The notes under the pieces are model-generated. The model saw only the letters and a program-made list of their open reading frames with translations, was not told where the DNA came from and did not search any database. A stretch of DNA of 62,942 nt, the filler included, from Octopus bimaculoides (Eukaryota): NCBI RefSeq assembly GCF_001194135.2. It is 5 parts of 5 records of this genome, joined end to end, with 100 filler letters (N's around TTAATTAATTAA, not from the genome) between each part and the next. Parts side by side here need not be neighbours in the genome. Positions count along the whole stretch, not along the records: positions 1 to 25,596 come from NC_068984.1; 4 more parts are not named here. One strand, given 5' to 3'. The position numbers and the translations under genes are program-made. Shown in pieces: positions 1-10,173 of this stretch. Each line of letters starts with the position of its first letter. Within the stretch, counting starts at the first letter, position 1.

Positions 1-52
<52 letters not shown>

Positions 53-96
53 GTTAGATACACGCACATATAGCAATATGCATGATAAGTATATAT

Positions 97-147
<51 letters not shown>

Positions 148-438
148 CACATACATATTATATCTGTATATATGTGTGTGTGTAAACACTCGCATAATGT
201 ATAATATATAAATACCTGTATAATGGAGAAATAAAGTCCTGGCCCATTGTAATAACTATGGATGCGATTCCTTACAAAACATCTATTAAACAGTGCGTAT
301 TAAAACACAATTGGCGCATATTTATTGCTCCAGCGTGGTTATGTAGTTCGCTTCGGAACCACAATTTTGGTACACTAAAATAGCGTCGAAATCCATTATA
401 TATATATATATATACTTCTTATATATATATACATATAA

Positions 439-840
439 GGTGCAGTCGTGGGTGTGTGGTAAGAAGCTTGCTTCCTAACCACATGGTTCCGTGTTCAGTC
501 CTTCTCCGTGACACCTTCGGCAAGTGTTTTCTACTGTAGTGGATTTGGTAGACGGAAACTTAAAGAAGTCGGCGAGCTGGCAGACACGTTAGCAGGCCGG
601 GCGAAAGGCTTAGCGGTATTTCGTCTGTCTTTACGTTCTGAGTTCGAATCCCGCCGAGGTCGACTTTGCCATCCATCCTTTCGGGGTCGATAAATTAAGT
701 ACCAGTTACGCACTGGGGTCGATGTAATCGACTTAATCCCTTTGTCTGTCCTTGTTTGTTCCCTCTATGTTCGGCCCCTTGTGGGCAGTAAAGAAATATG
801 AAACTTAAAGAAGACCGTCGTATATATATATATATATATA
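439..840 (+). mobile_element. tRNA-derived SINE group A, left arm, split by a group B SINE
   Basis: A-box-like GTGGGTGTGTGG and B-box-like GTTCAGTCC head, then CCTTCGGCAAGTG..GGATTTGGTAGACGGAAAC. Resumes at 800 and ends in CCGTCG(TA)n. Homologous to copies at 6655 and 14496. Confidence 0.85.
571..798 (+). mobile_element. tRNA-derived SINE group B, near full length, with target-site duplication
   Basis: Head GGCGAGCTGGCAG..GAGTTCGAATCCC, central CATCCTTTCGGGGTCGATAAATTAAGTACCAG. Flanked by GAAACTTAAAGAAG(T/A)C at 555-570 and 800-815. Near-identical to the reverse copy at 24812. Confidence 0.9.
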
Positions 841-1391
841 TATATGTTTGGAGCTGGCCAGATTGGGAGATCCTACAATATATATATATGATGTTTGTAA
901 AGTTGTATTTGAAAATAAAATGCCGGATTGCCCAATAATTTTCAGTAGAATACCATTTTTTTAAATATAAATTTTACAAGGAAAAGTTTGAAAGTAATTG
1001 TGAAGTTCCGGGTTACTGTCATCTGCTTGTTGTCTGTCTATATATTATGACTTGGGTCCACGCAAGCCTAGACTATAACATATAAAGAGTTATCTTTCTC
1101 ATTAAATATAACCATTTCACCAGTTGTTTTCAAGTGAACACAAACTTTTGTCAAATTAGGAAAAAATTCTTTTTCCTGCTTTCGTCTCCTTACCCCAACC
1201 CTATACACCTATTTCTCCCTACAAGCACCTTTCGCTATACAAAATCATTTATGTCACACCTAATTTGCATATATATCGCCCTACTAAGCCGATGACATTC
1301 ACAAAGGAAATTATATATAAGGCTTGAAAAACCAAGTCAGACTAATGACAACATGTAAGACTAAATTTGGAATTTATTCTTAACCTTACTT

Positions 1392-1781
<390 letters not shown>

Positions 1782-3079
1782 GGTGAGACTTTTGAAGCTT
1801 TGTGAGACATGAAAGAATTCGTTTTTAAGGCTGGAACTCGAAATAAAACAATGAAGGAAAATATGGGATTAAAAACCCTTTGAATAGATACCACATTAGA
1901 GCATTAGAATGAATTTCTATAGTACCATCAGTAACTTTTACAACATTCATCTTCTCTCTATTGGTAGATTTTCTTAAATTCCTTGCTTTGACCAGTTCCA
2001 TTAGGAACTCAAAAAGAGGAAGAGTTACCTTCAGTGATTAGAACCAATGTCATTTTTTGGTTATTGCCACCAATATCTTGCCGAGAGGCATGCAAATATC
2101 TCTGGTTGTCATTTTAGTTGCACATTTCGCCACTGAGCATTTACTGTAGGGTACTGCCATCTATCTGTCTTCCATATATAAACTGCTTTTGAATTGCTTT
2201 ATTTTCATTGCGATTAGAACCACTGTCGTTGTGGTTACAGTCACCACTGTTATCTTGCTCAGAGACATGCAAACATTTCTGGTTGTTAGTTCACATTTGT
2301 ATTTTTAGGCATTTTCTAGATTTCTTTCTTTTGCGTTCTGAGTGATTTCCATGATCGAACGTAAATTAGTTTGAAACTGTATTATATCGTCTTTACGTTC
2401 AATATAAGGCATCGCTCTACAGATTTATGACATTCTCTGAGATGCTTCCAACGAACATATCCATAAATTTACTTTAAACACAATGACACTGATGACTTTA
2501 AAGACTATGCAAATCGATGATCTATGGAAGGCACAGTCTTCTTAACTCGCAAATTTAATTCGAAAGTTTCCAAACGGAATAAATGTTTGTGCCTTGACAA
2601 AAGCCGAAAGATGTTACTAAATAAGTATTTGATCGTAAATCAGACAAATGAACAGTTTTCAATAACATACTTAAACCATACGCACTTAATAGAAAGTACA
2701 CCATTTTTCGGACAATCTCCACGTTATGCTAGACGTCTTAAGATGAGTGTCATTTTTCTTTCTCTCTCGTTTATTTTCGAAACTTTGATATCTTATTGTT
2801 TCTTTCTGATAATCTTTCTGTTTCGTTCGAAAGACTGACCGCTGCCTAGTCCGGAATTGACCACATCACAGGTCAGTACTCTACAAGTTTAAATTAATTT
2901 TATAAATTTGTATAACAGTACAACTAACACAATTCTTTGACAATAACTACCAGCATTGAATACACTTTAAAGCAATATATATATACTATGATTTCTATCT
3001 CATACAAGTGTCCAACTATAAACGGCAGACATGTTTCTTATAATGTCCCATTAATGGCAAATAGATTTTGCTTTTTTTT

Positions 3080-3228
3080 TAGGTGCAGGTTTGTGGCTAA
3101 AAGACTCGCTTTGCTACTGTCTACTCCTGGCGCCTTGGTAAGTGTTTTCTACTATAACCCCGGCCCGACTAATGCCTTGTGAGGGAATCTGGCCAACGGA
3201 AAATATGTGCTAAAACCCATCGTATATG
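3080..3228 (+). mobile_element. degenerate SINE group A left arm
   Basis: GGCGCCTTGGTAAGTGTTTTCTACTATAACCCCGGCCCGACTAATGCCTTGTGAG..CCCATCGTATAT matches the group A body. Confidence 0.7.
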
Positions 3229-3595
3229 TACGAGGTTCGTTCGAAAAGTATTTGACTTTATTTTTTTCCGACAAAACTAATGGTGTGTGGGCAGAATCCT
3301 TTAGCTGGAAAGTGATGCCACCCATCCTGCGCATCCGTGAAAATTTTCGCGACAGTAGGCTGCATCAGTTCCCAGCTGTTATGCTTAGAGTACAGACGTA
3401 TAATGCGAGCTCGTCGTATTTTCGCTTTCACCAAACGCGTCGATCAGAGATGTTGCATCAAGAAAGATTTGGTAAAAGTTTGGTGATAATCAAGCTCAAA
3501 ACATCCAGAAGATTAAGGATGGCATGGACAAAATTCAATCAAAATAGTACTACAACCATTTGGATCATGACTGGACCTCAGTGGAAAGTGCCACG
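3229..3595 (+). mobile_element. mariner (Tc1/mariner) 5-prime remnant
   Basis: Starts TA-CGAGGTTCGTTCGAAAAGT (mariner-type TIR). Decayed N-terminal HTH peptide DQRCCIK..KFGDNQAQNIQKI..YYNHL..WTSVES resembles the mariner QRYCIKF..KLG..RTSVES pattern. Confidence 0.75.
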
Positions 3596-3616
3596 ATATA
3601 TATATGTATATATATC

Positions 3617-3975
3617 GTGGTACTTCGTCGGTTACGACTACGAGGGTTCCAGTTGATCCGATCAACAGAACAGCCTGCTCGTGAAATTAACGTGCAAATG
3701 GCTGAGCACTCCACAGACATGTGTACCCTTAACGTAGTTCTCGAGGGGATTCAATGTGACACAGAGTGTAACAAGGCTGGCCCTTTGAATTACAGGCACA
3801 ACAGAAACAGGAAAAAAGAGTGAGAGAAAGTTGAGAGGAAAGAGTACAGCAGGGTTGGCCCCCACCTCCTGCCAGAGCCTCGTGAAGTTTTAGGTGTTTC
3901 CCGGTCTGGGAATTGAAACCGCGATCCTACGACCGCGAGTCCGCTGCCCTAACCACTGGGCCTTTGCACCTCCAC
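3617..3975 (-). mobile_element. tRNA-derived SINE group C variant, full length
   Basis: Reverse head GGAGGTGCAAAGGCCCAGTGGTTAGGGCAGCGGACTCGCGGTCG..GTTTCAATTCCC. The 3-prime ~190 nt are homologous to the copy at 37752-38077. Confidence 0.85.
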
Positions 3976-4454
3976 ACACACACACACACACNNNNNNNNN
4001 NNNNNNNNNNNNNNNNNNNNNNNNNNNNNNNNNNNNNNNNNNNNNNNNNNNNNNNNNNNNNNNNNNNNNNNNNNNNNNNNNNNNNNNNNNNNNNNNNNNN
4101 NNNNNNNNNNNNNNNNNNNNNNNNNNNNNNNNNNNNNNNNNNNNNNNNNNNNNNNNNNNNNNNNNNNNNNNNNNNNNNNNNNNNNNNNNNNNNNNNNNNN
4201 NNNNNNNNNNNNNNNNNNNNNNNNNNNNNNNNNNNNNNNNNNNNNNNNNNNNNNNNNNNNNNNNNNNNNNNNNNNNNNNNNNNNNNNNNNNNNNNNNNNN
4301 NNNNNNNNNNNNNNNNNNNNNNNNNNNNNNNNNNNNNNNNNNNNNNNNNNNNNNNNNNNNNNNNNNNNNNNNNNNNNNNNNNNNNNNNNNNNNNNNNNNN
4401 NNNNNNNNNNNNNNNNNNNNNNNNNNNNNNNNNNNNNNNNNNNNNNNNNNNNNN

Positions 4455-4779
4455 CAGTTTGTTACATATCCCAATGCCCCAACAATCACGGGTATGAATC
4501 TGAACTTGTAGTCTGGGTGGAGTATCTGCAAATTTCTTAGTAGCTCGGCGTAGTTGTTCTCTTTTTCTCTAATCTTTAGTGGAATGTTGACATCCGCAGG
4601 ACAGCTGATTTCTACTACTGTACAGAGTTTCTCTTCTCTGTCCCAGATTACTATATCCGGTCTATTATGTCTGCACTTTATTGAGGTTTATATTGGGATA
4701 TTCCACCAATACTCTTTCATATTGTGAGTGGTAATGGCCTCTACCTCATTATGGGTTTTCATCTCCTTAGCCCCGGGGT
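4455..4779 (-). pseudogene. RLE (R4-clade-like) non-LTR retrotransposon fragment, restriction-like endonuclease domain, family 2 copy 1
   Basis: Manual translation KEYWWNIPI*TSIKCRHNRPDIVIWDREEKLCTVVEISCPADVNIPLKIREKENNYAELLRNLQILHPDYKFRFIPVIVGALGYV. Contains the RPD..E..K PD-(D/E)xK motif and the IVGALG motif, with one stop. Confidence 0.9.
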
Positions 4780-4843
4780 TATGTATGTATGTATGTATGT
4801 ATGTATGTATGTATGTATGCATGTATGTAAGTATGTATGTATG
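4780..4843. repeat. (ATGT)n / (ATAC)n microsatellite
   Basis: Direct reading. Separates the RLE fragments. Confidence 0.95.
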
Positions 4844-4958
4844 AATATCATTATTCAGTTTTATTTTAAAATTTCTTGCCAATAGAGAAAGAGCCAGTTT
4901 CTAACCTAGAGCCAAGGCCCCTTCATTGGAATTTCAACATCAACAACAGGGTATTTTT
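4844..4958 (-). mobile_element. probable 3-prime UTR terminus of an RLE retrotransposon, tailed by (ATAC)n
   Basis: The reverse strand ends AAATAAAACTGAATAATGAT followed by (ACAT)n. This resembles the 3-prime end of the Dong-like copy at 61675-61700, and it is in the same orientation as the flanking RLE fragments. Confidence 0.55.
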
Positions 4959-4988
4959 GTATGCATACATGTATGTATGTATGTATGT

Positions 4989-5356
4989 TCCGGTTTTGAG
5001 AATCCTAATTTCTCAAAATTGGTATCCCAGGGACCCAACAATTACAAGCATAAACCTGAACTTGTAACCTGGATAGAGTAACTGCAGATTTCTGAATAAT
5101 TCAGCGTAGGTATTCTTTTCCACTGATCTTCAGCTTTATGTTAACATCTGCTGGACAGCAAATTTCCACAACTATACACAGTTTCTCTTCTCTATCCTAA
5201 ATCATTATATCAGGTCTGTTGTGCTTACATTTTACTGAGGTCTTCACTGGGACATTCCACCAGTATTCCTGAGTGGCTATGGCTTCTACCATATTGTGGG
5301 TTCTTATTTCTTTGTCCTCGGCGTTATTCTTCCGACGGATTCCATTATAGTGTCAC
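4989..5356 (-). pseudogene. RLE non-LTR retrotransposon fragment, family 2 copy 2
   Basis: Translation HYNGIRRKNNAEDKEIRTHNMVEAIATQEYWWNVPVKTSVKCKHNRPDIMI*DREEKLCIVVEICCPADVNIKLK/YAELFRNLQLLYPGYKFRFMLVIVGSLGY/NFEKLGFSKP. A paralogue of 4455-4779 with a stop, a frameshift and deletions. Confidence 0.9.
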
Positions 5357-5404
5357 ATATGTACGTATGTATGTATGTATGTATGTATGTATGTATGTAT
5401 GTAT
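5357..5404. repeat. (ATGT)n microsatellite
   Basis: Direct reading. 5-prime flank of RLE copy 2. Confidence 0.95.
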
Positions 5405-6654
5405 ATTACACACGCACTTTTACATTCATATGTATGTAAACCTAATAATTAAGTCTGAGAAAGAATTCCAATGCCGAAGCCAATTGAGGCCCTCTAAATC
5501 TGGGTGACAAGATGGATTCGATAAATTCTTTATTAATATTTCCAACAACTGTAGTAAGACGCCTGGAATGGTTTGAGTGGAATTTTAGTGAGATGCAGTT
5601 CTAAGAAGGAAGCATTTCTCAAAGTGCTCGCTTAGCTTTCCTTAGAATCTTCGAGGTGAGAGAGAAAAGTAGCATTGATAAGGCGAAGAGAAACATGTTA
5701 AATAAATGAGTTTAGTTGAGGAAAGTAAAGACAGTACGAAAGAAACAAACAAGTTCAGGGGAGCAGAAAGAGAAAACCCGACGTGTTCGCGGTGGAGGTT
5801 AGAAAGAGGGGGACGGGAGATCTACATAGCACAGTGCCGCGTCGACAGTTGCGTGTATAAATTGCTGGCAGGAGAGGGTGTGTAGTTAAATGAAATATTC
5901 GTCTCCTACGCTGCATCCTGCAGATTTCATTAAAAACATTTTATGCATTTGTATGAATAATTAACAGGACCAAGTGTTCGTAAATGGTGTGTTTTTGACA
6001 AATGTTAACAGCATATTCATCTGAGTGATTGATTTAACAATAACCTACATGGCGAATAATTGGTTTATTAATGAATCAAGCGATTCATTAAAGCTGAATT
6101 TATATTTATTTATTTATTTTATATATTTTTGTTGTTTTCCCTTAATTTTTTTATTTTGTTTTTTTTTCTTCTCTTTGCTTTATTGTATTTTTGTTTTGTT
6201 GTTTTTTTTACAAGCGATTAATAATTTACTAAATGCTTTATCTGAATCCTTTAATACGGAAACTTGAAAGCTAGTAAAACATTCCATCCATAAAGTTAAT
6301 TATGATCGCCCGAATTCAATCAATAGCAAGCTTAAAGGACATTTGATAATCATTCTCCAAGGACACTTACCTATCAGTATAGCTCGAAGGTTTTTTTCTT
6401 TACATTTAAAACTGAGGTAAATAAAATACAATAAGAATACAAAAAAACACAATAAAGCGAAACAAACAACAAAACAAAAACAAAAACAATCATTTTAAAA
6501 TAAAATAAAATGAAATATAAAAACGAAACAGAAAAACAACTGAACAAAAAAATTCATTTTCTTAACCGCTTAAATGAAAAAAATATATTCTAAGAGAATA
6601 TAGAACGACCTTAAGAAACGTCTATATTAAATTTTGTAAAGAATAAAATGAAAT

Positions 6655-6807
6655 GAGTGGCGGTGTTGTAAGTAGCTTGTTTACCAGCCACATGGTTTCG
6701 GGTTCATTCCCACTACGTGGCACCTTGGTCAGGTGTCTTCTATAGCCTCGGGCCGACCAAATCGTTATGAGTGGATTTGGTAGACAGAAACTGAAAGAAG
6801 TCCGTCG

Positions 6808-6840
<33 letters not shown>

Positions 6841-7090
6841 CTGTGTGTGTGTCTGTGTGTGTGTGTATGTTTGGGTGTCTGTGTTTGTCCCTCCCCCTCA
6901 ACATCGTTTGACAACCGATGCTGGTGTGTTTACGTCCCCGCAACTTAGCGGTTCGGCAAAAATAGACTGATAGAATAAGTACTAGGCTTCCAAAGAATAA
7001 ATCCTGGGGTCAATTTGATCGACTAAAGGCGGTGCTCCAGCATGGCCGGAGTCAAATGACTGAAACAAGTTAAAGAGAAAAGAGAGAAAA
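6655..7090 (+). mobile_element. SINE group A, full length, with internal (TA)n(TG)n microsatellite
   Basis: tRNA-like head, body ending GAAACTGAAAGAAGTCCGTCG, (TA)n(TG)n, then right arm TTGACAACCGATGCTGG..AATAAGTACTAGGC..GGTGCTCCAGCATGGCC..TGACTGAAACAAG and an A-rich tail. Confidence 0.9.
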
Positions 7091-7475
7091 AAGAGAGTAT
7101 AATAAAAAAATAAACCAAAAAAAGTTAAAATAACCCAAGTATGTTGAATGTAATCATAGTGGGCTCTGTAGGTATAAGCATTATTACTTTGGTGGAAACG
7201 ACTCATCTATCTGTCTGCTAATTGCATTGTCCGTTAGGTAAACTACTTTAGTTTCCCGTAATAGCTAATCCATTAGTTGACAACGTTGCTTACGTAGCAA
7301 ATCTAGAGTGCCATGATCGGGTCTCCAAGGATTTGACACTTCGGCTTTCAAGTCAATACAGTCACGTAGAACGATAAGATTCACAGTACACCGCTGTTGC
7401 TGCATGCGCGTGGTATATACATTATCTCTTCTCTTACACATGTTACTATGTATGTATAATGTATATATATTATAT

Positions 7476-7546
<71 letters not shown>

Positions 7547-8867
7547 TATTTGCATACAGATGTATGGATATATAGCCATGTGTACATATATTCTACAATA
7601 TATACGTTTATATATACACACACATATATACATACATATATATATATATATATACATAAATAAATATATATACATGCATATATATAGACACATATACATG
7701 TATACATACATATATATATACATACATGTATATAAATATACATACATATACACACATAAATATATATACATACATATATATAAATATATACATATATATG
7801 CATACATTTGTACATATATACACTTACAGATATATGTAAACACACACACACATANNNNNNNNNNNNNNNNNNNNNNNNNNNNNNNNNNNNNNNNNNNNNN
7901 NNNNNNNNNNNNNNNNNNNNNNNNNNNNNNNNNNNNNNNNNNNNNNNNNNNNNNNNNNNNNNNNNNNNNNNNNNNNNNNNNNNNNNNNNNNNNNNNNNNN
8001 NNNNNNNNNNNNNNNNNNNNNNNNNNNNNNNNNNNNNNNNNNNNNNNNNNNNNNNNNNNNNNNNNNNNNNNNNNNNNNNNNNNNNNNNNNNNNNNNNNNN
8101 NNNNNNNNNNNNNNNNNNNNNNNNNNNNNNNNNNNNNNNNNNNNNNNNNNNNNNNNNNNNNNNNNNNNNNNNNNNNNNNNNNNNNNNNNNNNNNNNNNNN
8201 NNNNNNNNNNNNNNNNNNNNNNNNNNNNNNNNNNNNNNNNNNNNNNNNNNNNNNNNNNNNNNNNNNNNNNNNNNNNNNNNNNNNNNNNNNNNNNNNNNNN
8301 NNNNNNNNNNNNNNNNNNNNNNNNNNNNNNNNNNNNNNNNNNNNNNNNNNNNNNNNNNNNNNNNNNNNNNNNNNNNNNNNNNNNNNNNNNNNNNNNNNNN
8401 NNNNNNNNNNNNNNNNNNNNNNNNNNNNNNNNNNNNNNNNNNNNNNNNNGGAAGAACGAGAAGGGTAAAGAGAGATACGTAGTAGTAACAGAGGAAGAAC
8501 GAGAGGGGGAAAAGTGATAGAGAAAGAGATAGAGTCGCGTCAGAAAATATAAAGTTGAAAAAACTACTTACAACAGGGATGACGCAGGCGTTCGATCATG
8601 TAAAACAAATAATAAATGAGTATATGCATATATACGTACAGGTATGTGCATACCTACGTCTACCTGTATATATAGGTGCATATCTGGGTACAGGACATTG
8701 CAAACAAAAGGTAGACAAGAAAATAATAATAATCAGAATACAGAAAACACACAAGCCACATAGAGGACATTTTCCTTCATCAGCTACCCCCATTTTAACA
8801 CCGGCGTTTCGAACAGTTGGGCAGGACGCATCGTTAAAATGGGCATATATACATACATATACATACA

Positions 8868-8903
<36 letters not shown>

Positions 8904-8909
8904 TATATA

Positions 8910-9103
8910 CAATAATCCCTCGACTATCGCGCGTGTTACGTTCCAACCCTCACCACACGATAGCCGAAAATCTGTACTGTATCTTGTACTTTTTTTATAA
9001 TTTGGATTTAATTATTCGACGTAAGCTTAAATAATAAACCGCGATAGCTGAACCCGATAGGTGTACCGTGATAGTTGTATCGCGATATGGCGAGGGATTG
9101 CTG
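8910..9103. mobile_element. pogo/Tigger-like MITE
   Basis: Imperfect TIRs CAATAATCCCTCGACTATCGCG (left, after TA in a TA tract) and the reverse complement of CAGCAATCCCTCGCCATATCGCG (right). Confidence 0.55.
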
Positions 9104-9714
9104 TGTAGGTAAAAAAAACTAAGGAGTGTGTGCGTTACATGAATGATATTTTCAGGATTATATAAGAAGACAACAAACGGAAAATATGACATACCTATAT
9201 ATATATAATAAAAAAAAACGTGTAGTAAATAAGCAAGCGAACATATACTAAATACACAGGCGAACAGTAAACACAGATGGTCACCGACTTCTCATTAGTT
9301 ATCGGCCAGAAGGTCAGACGCAATTTCGGCCATTATCGATAATACTGCATCCATTCTGGGGGCACCTGCAAGAAACGTGCCTGGAATGGGACCAAAACAT
9401 AAAACGAGGCGGGCTCAAGACGAAACCGTTAGTGGACGGATGAGGGACAAACAATAAACAGAATAAAGGCTTAGGACCAGACAAAGATAACAAATAATAA
9501 TAATAATAATAATGACAATAATAATAATACAGCAAAAAAGCCTTGAGACTCCAAGACCAGACAAAGTGGGTAACGGGGAGGTGAAGTGAAAATGATCCTA
9601 AACGACTATAGACACGGGAGGGGTAGAGCGAGGAGCATAGAAAATTGTGACCAGTGCGGTCATATATACATATACGTATACATACACACGCATATATATA
9701 TGTGTGTGTGCGTG

Positions 9715-9746
<32 letters not shown>

Positions 9747-9982
9747 TATATATGTGTGTGCATGTGTGTGTGTGTGTGCATACATAAACTTTAAAACAAG
9801 GTTATTTTGATGCAAGTTTACGAAAAGAACATTTTCCAGTCCAATCACTCTATACTGAGAACATTCTCCAATATACTGCGGAGATCAAGTTGACTATAAT
9901 TTCGAGTTTCATACATCGGATCGTCCAAGCATTATATATATATGTATATATGTATGTGTGTGTCTGTATGTATGCATACATA

Positions 9983-10111
9983 TGTCTGTGCTTGTCACCT
10001 ACGACTTTGGAAACCGATGTTAGCTTGCTTATGTACGCTAACTTTGCGGTTCGGCAAAGTAACCGATAGAATAAGTACCAGTGCAATGACTGAAACAAGT
10101 AAGAGATAAAA
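9983..10111 (+). mobile_element. degenerate SINE group A right arm
   Basis: GCGGTTCGGCAAAG..CCGATAGAATAAGTACC..AATGACTGAAACAAGTAAGAGATAAAAG. Confidence 0.75.
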
Positions 10112-10173
10112 GGATTCATGTACACTTAACTGGCTTATCTCCCTTGGTTCTTGCTTTTGCAAAGTGCCATTCT

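Noticed and set aside
2835-2878. Candidate micro-exon with a pyrimidine-rich acceptor and CAG/GTCAGT donor
   Set aside because: It has stops in all three frames. It could only be a UTR exon and cannot be supported from sequence alone.
7294-7393. Candidate 100-nt minus-strand exon ([33 protein letters not shown]) with a GTAAGC donor
   Set aside because: The acceptor lacks a polypyrimidine tract, the peptide has no recognisable homology, and no partner exons are evident. It would need RNA-seq support.
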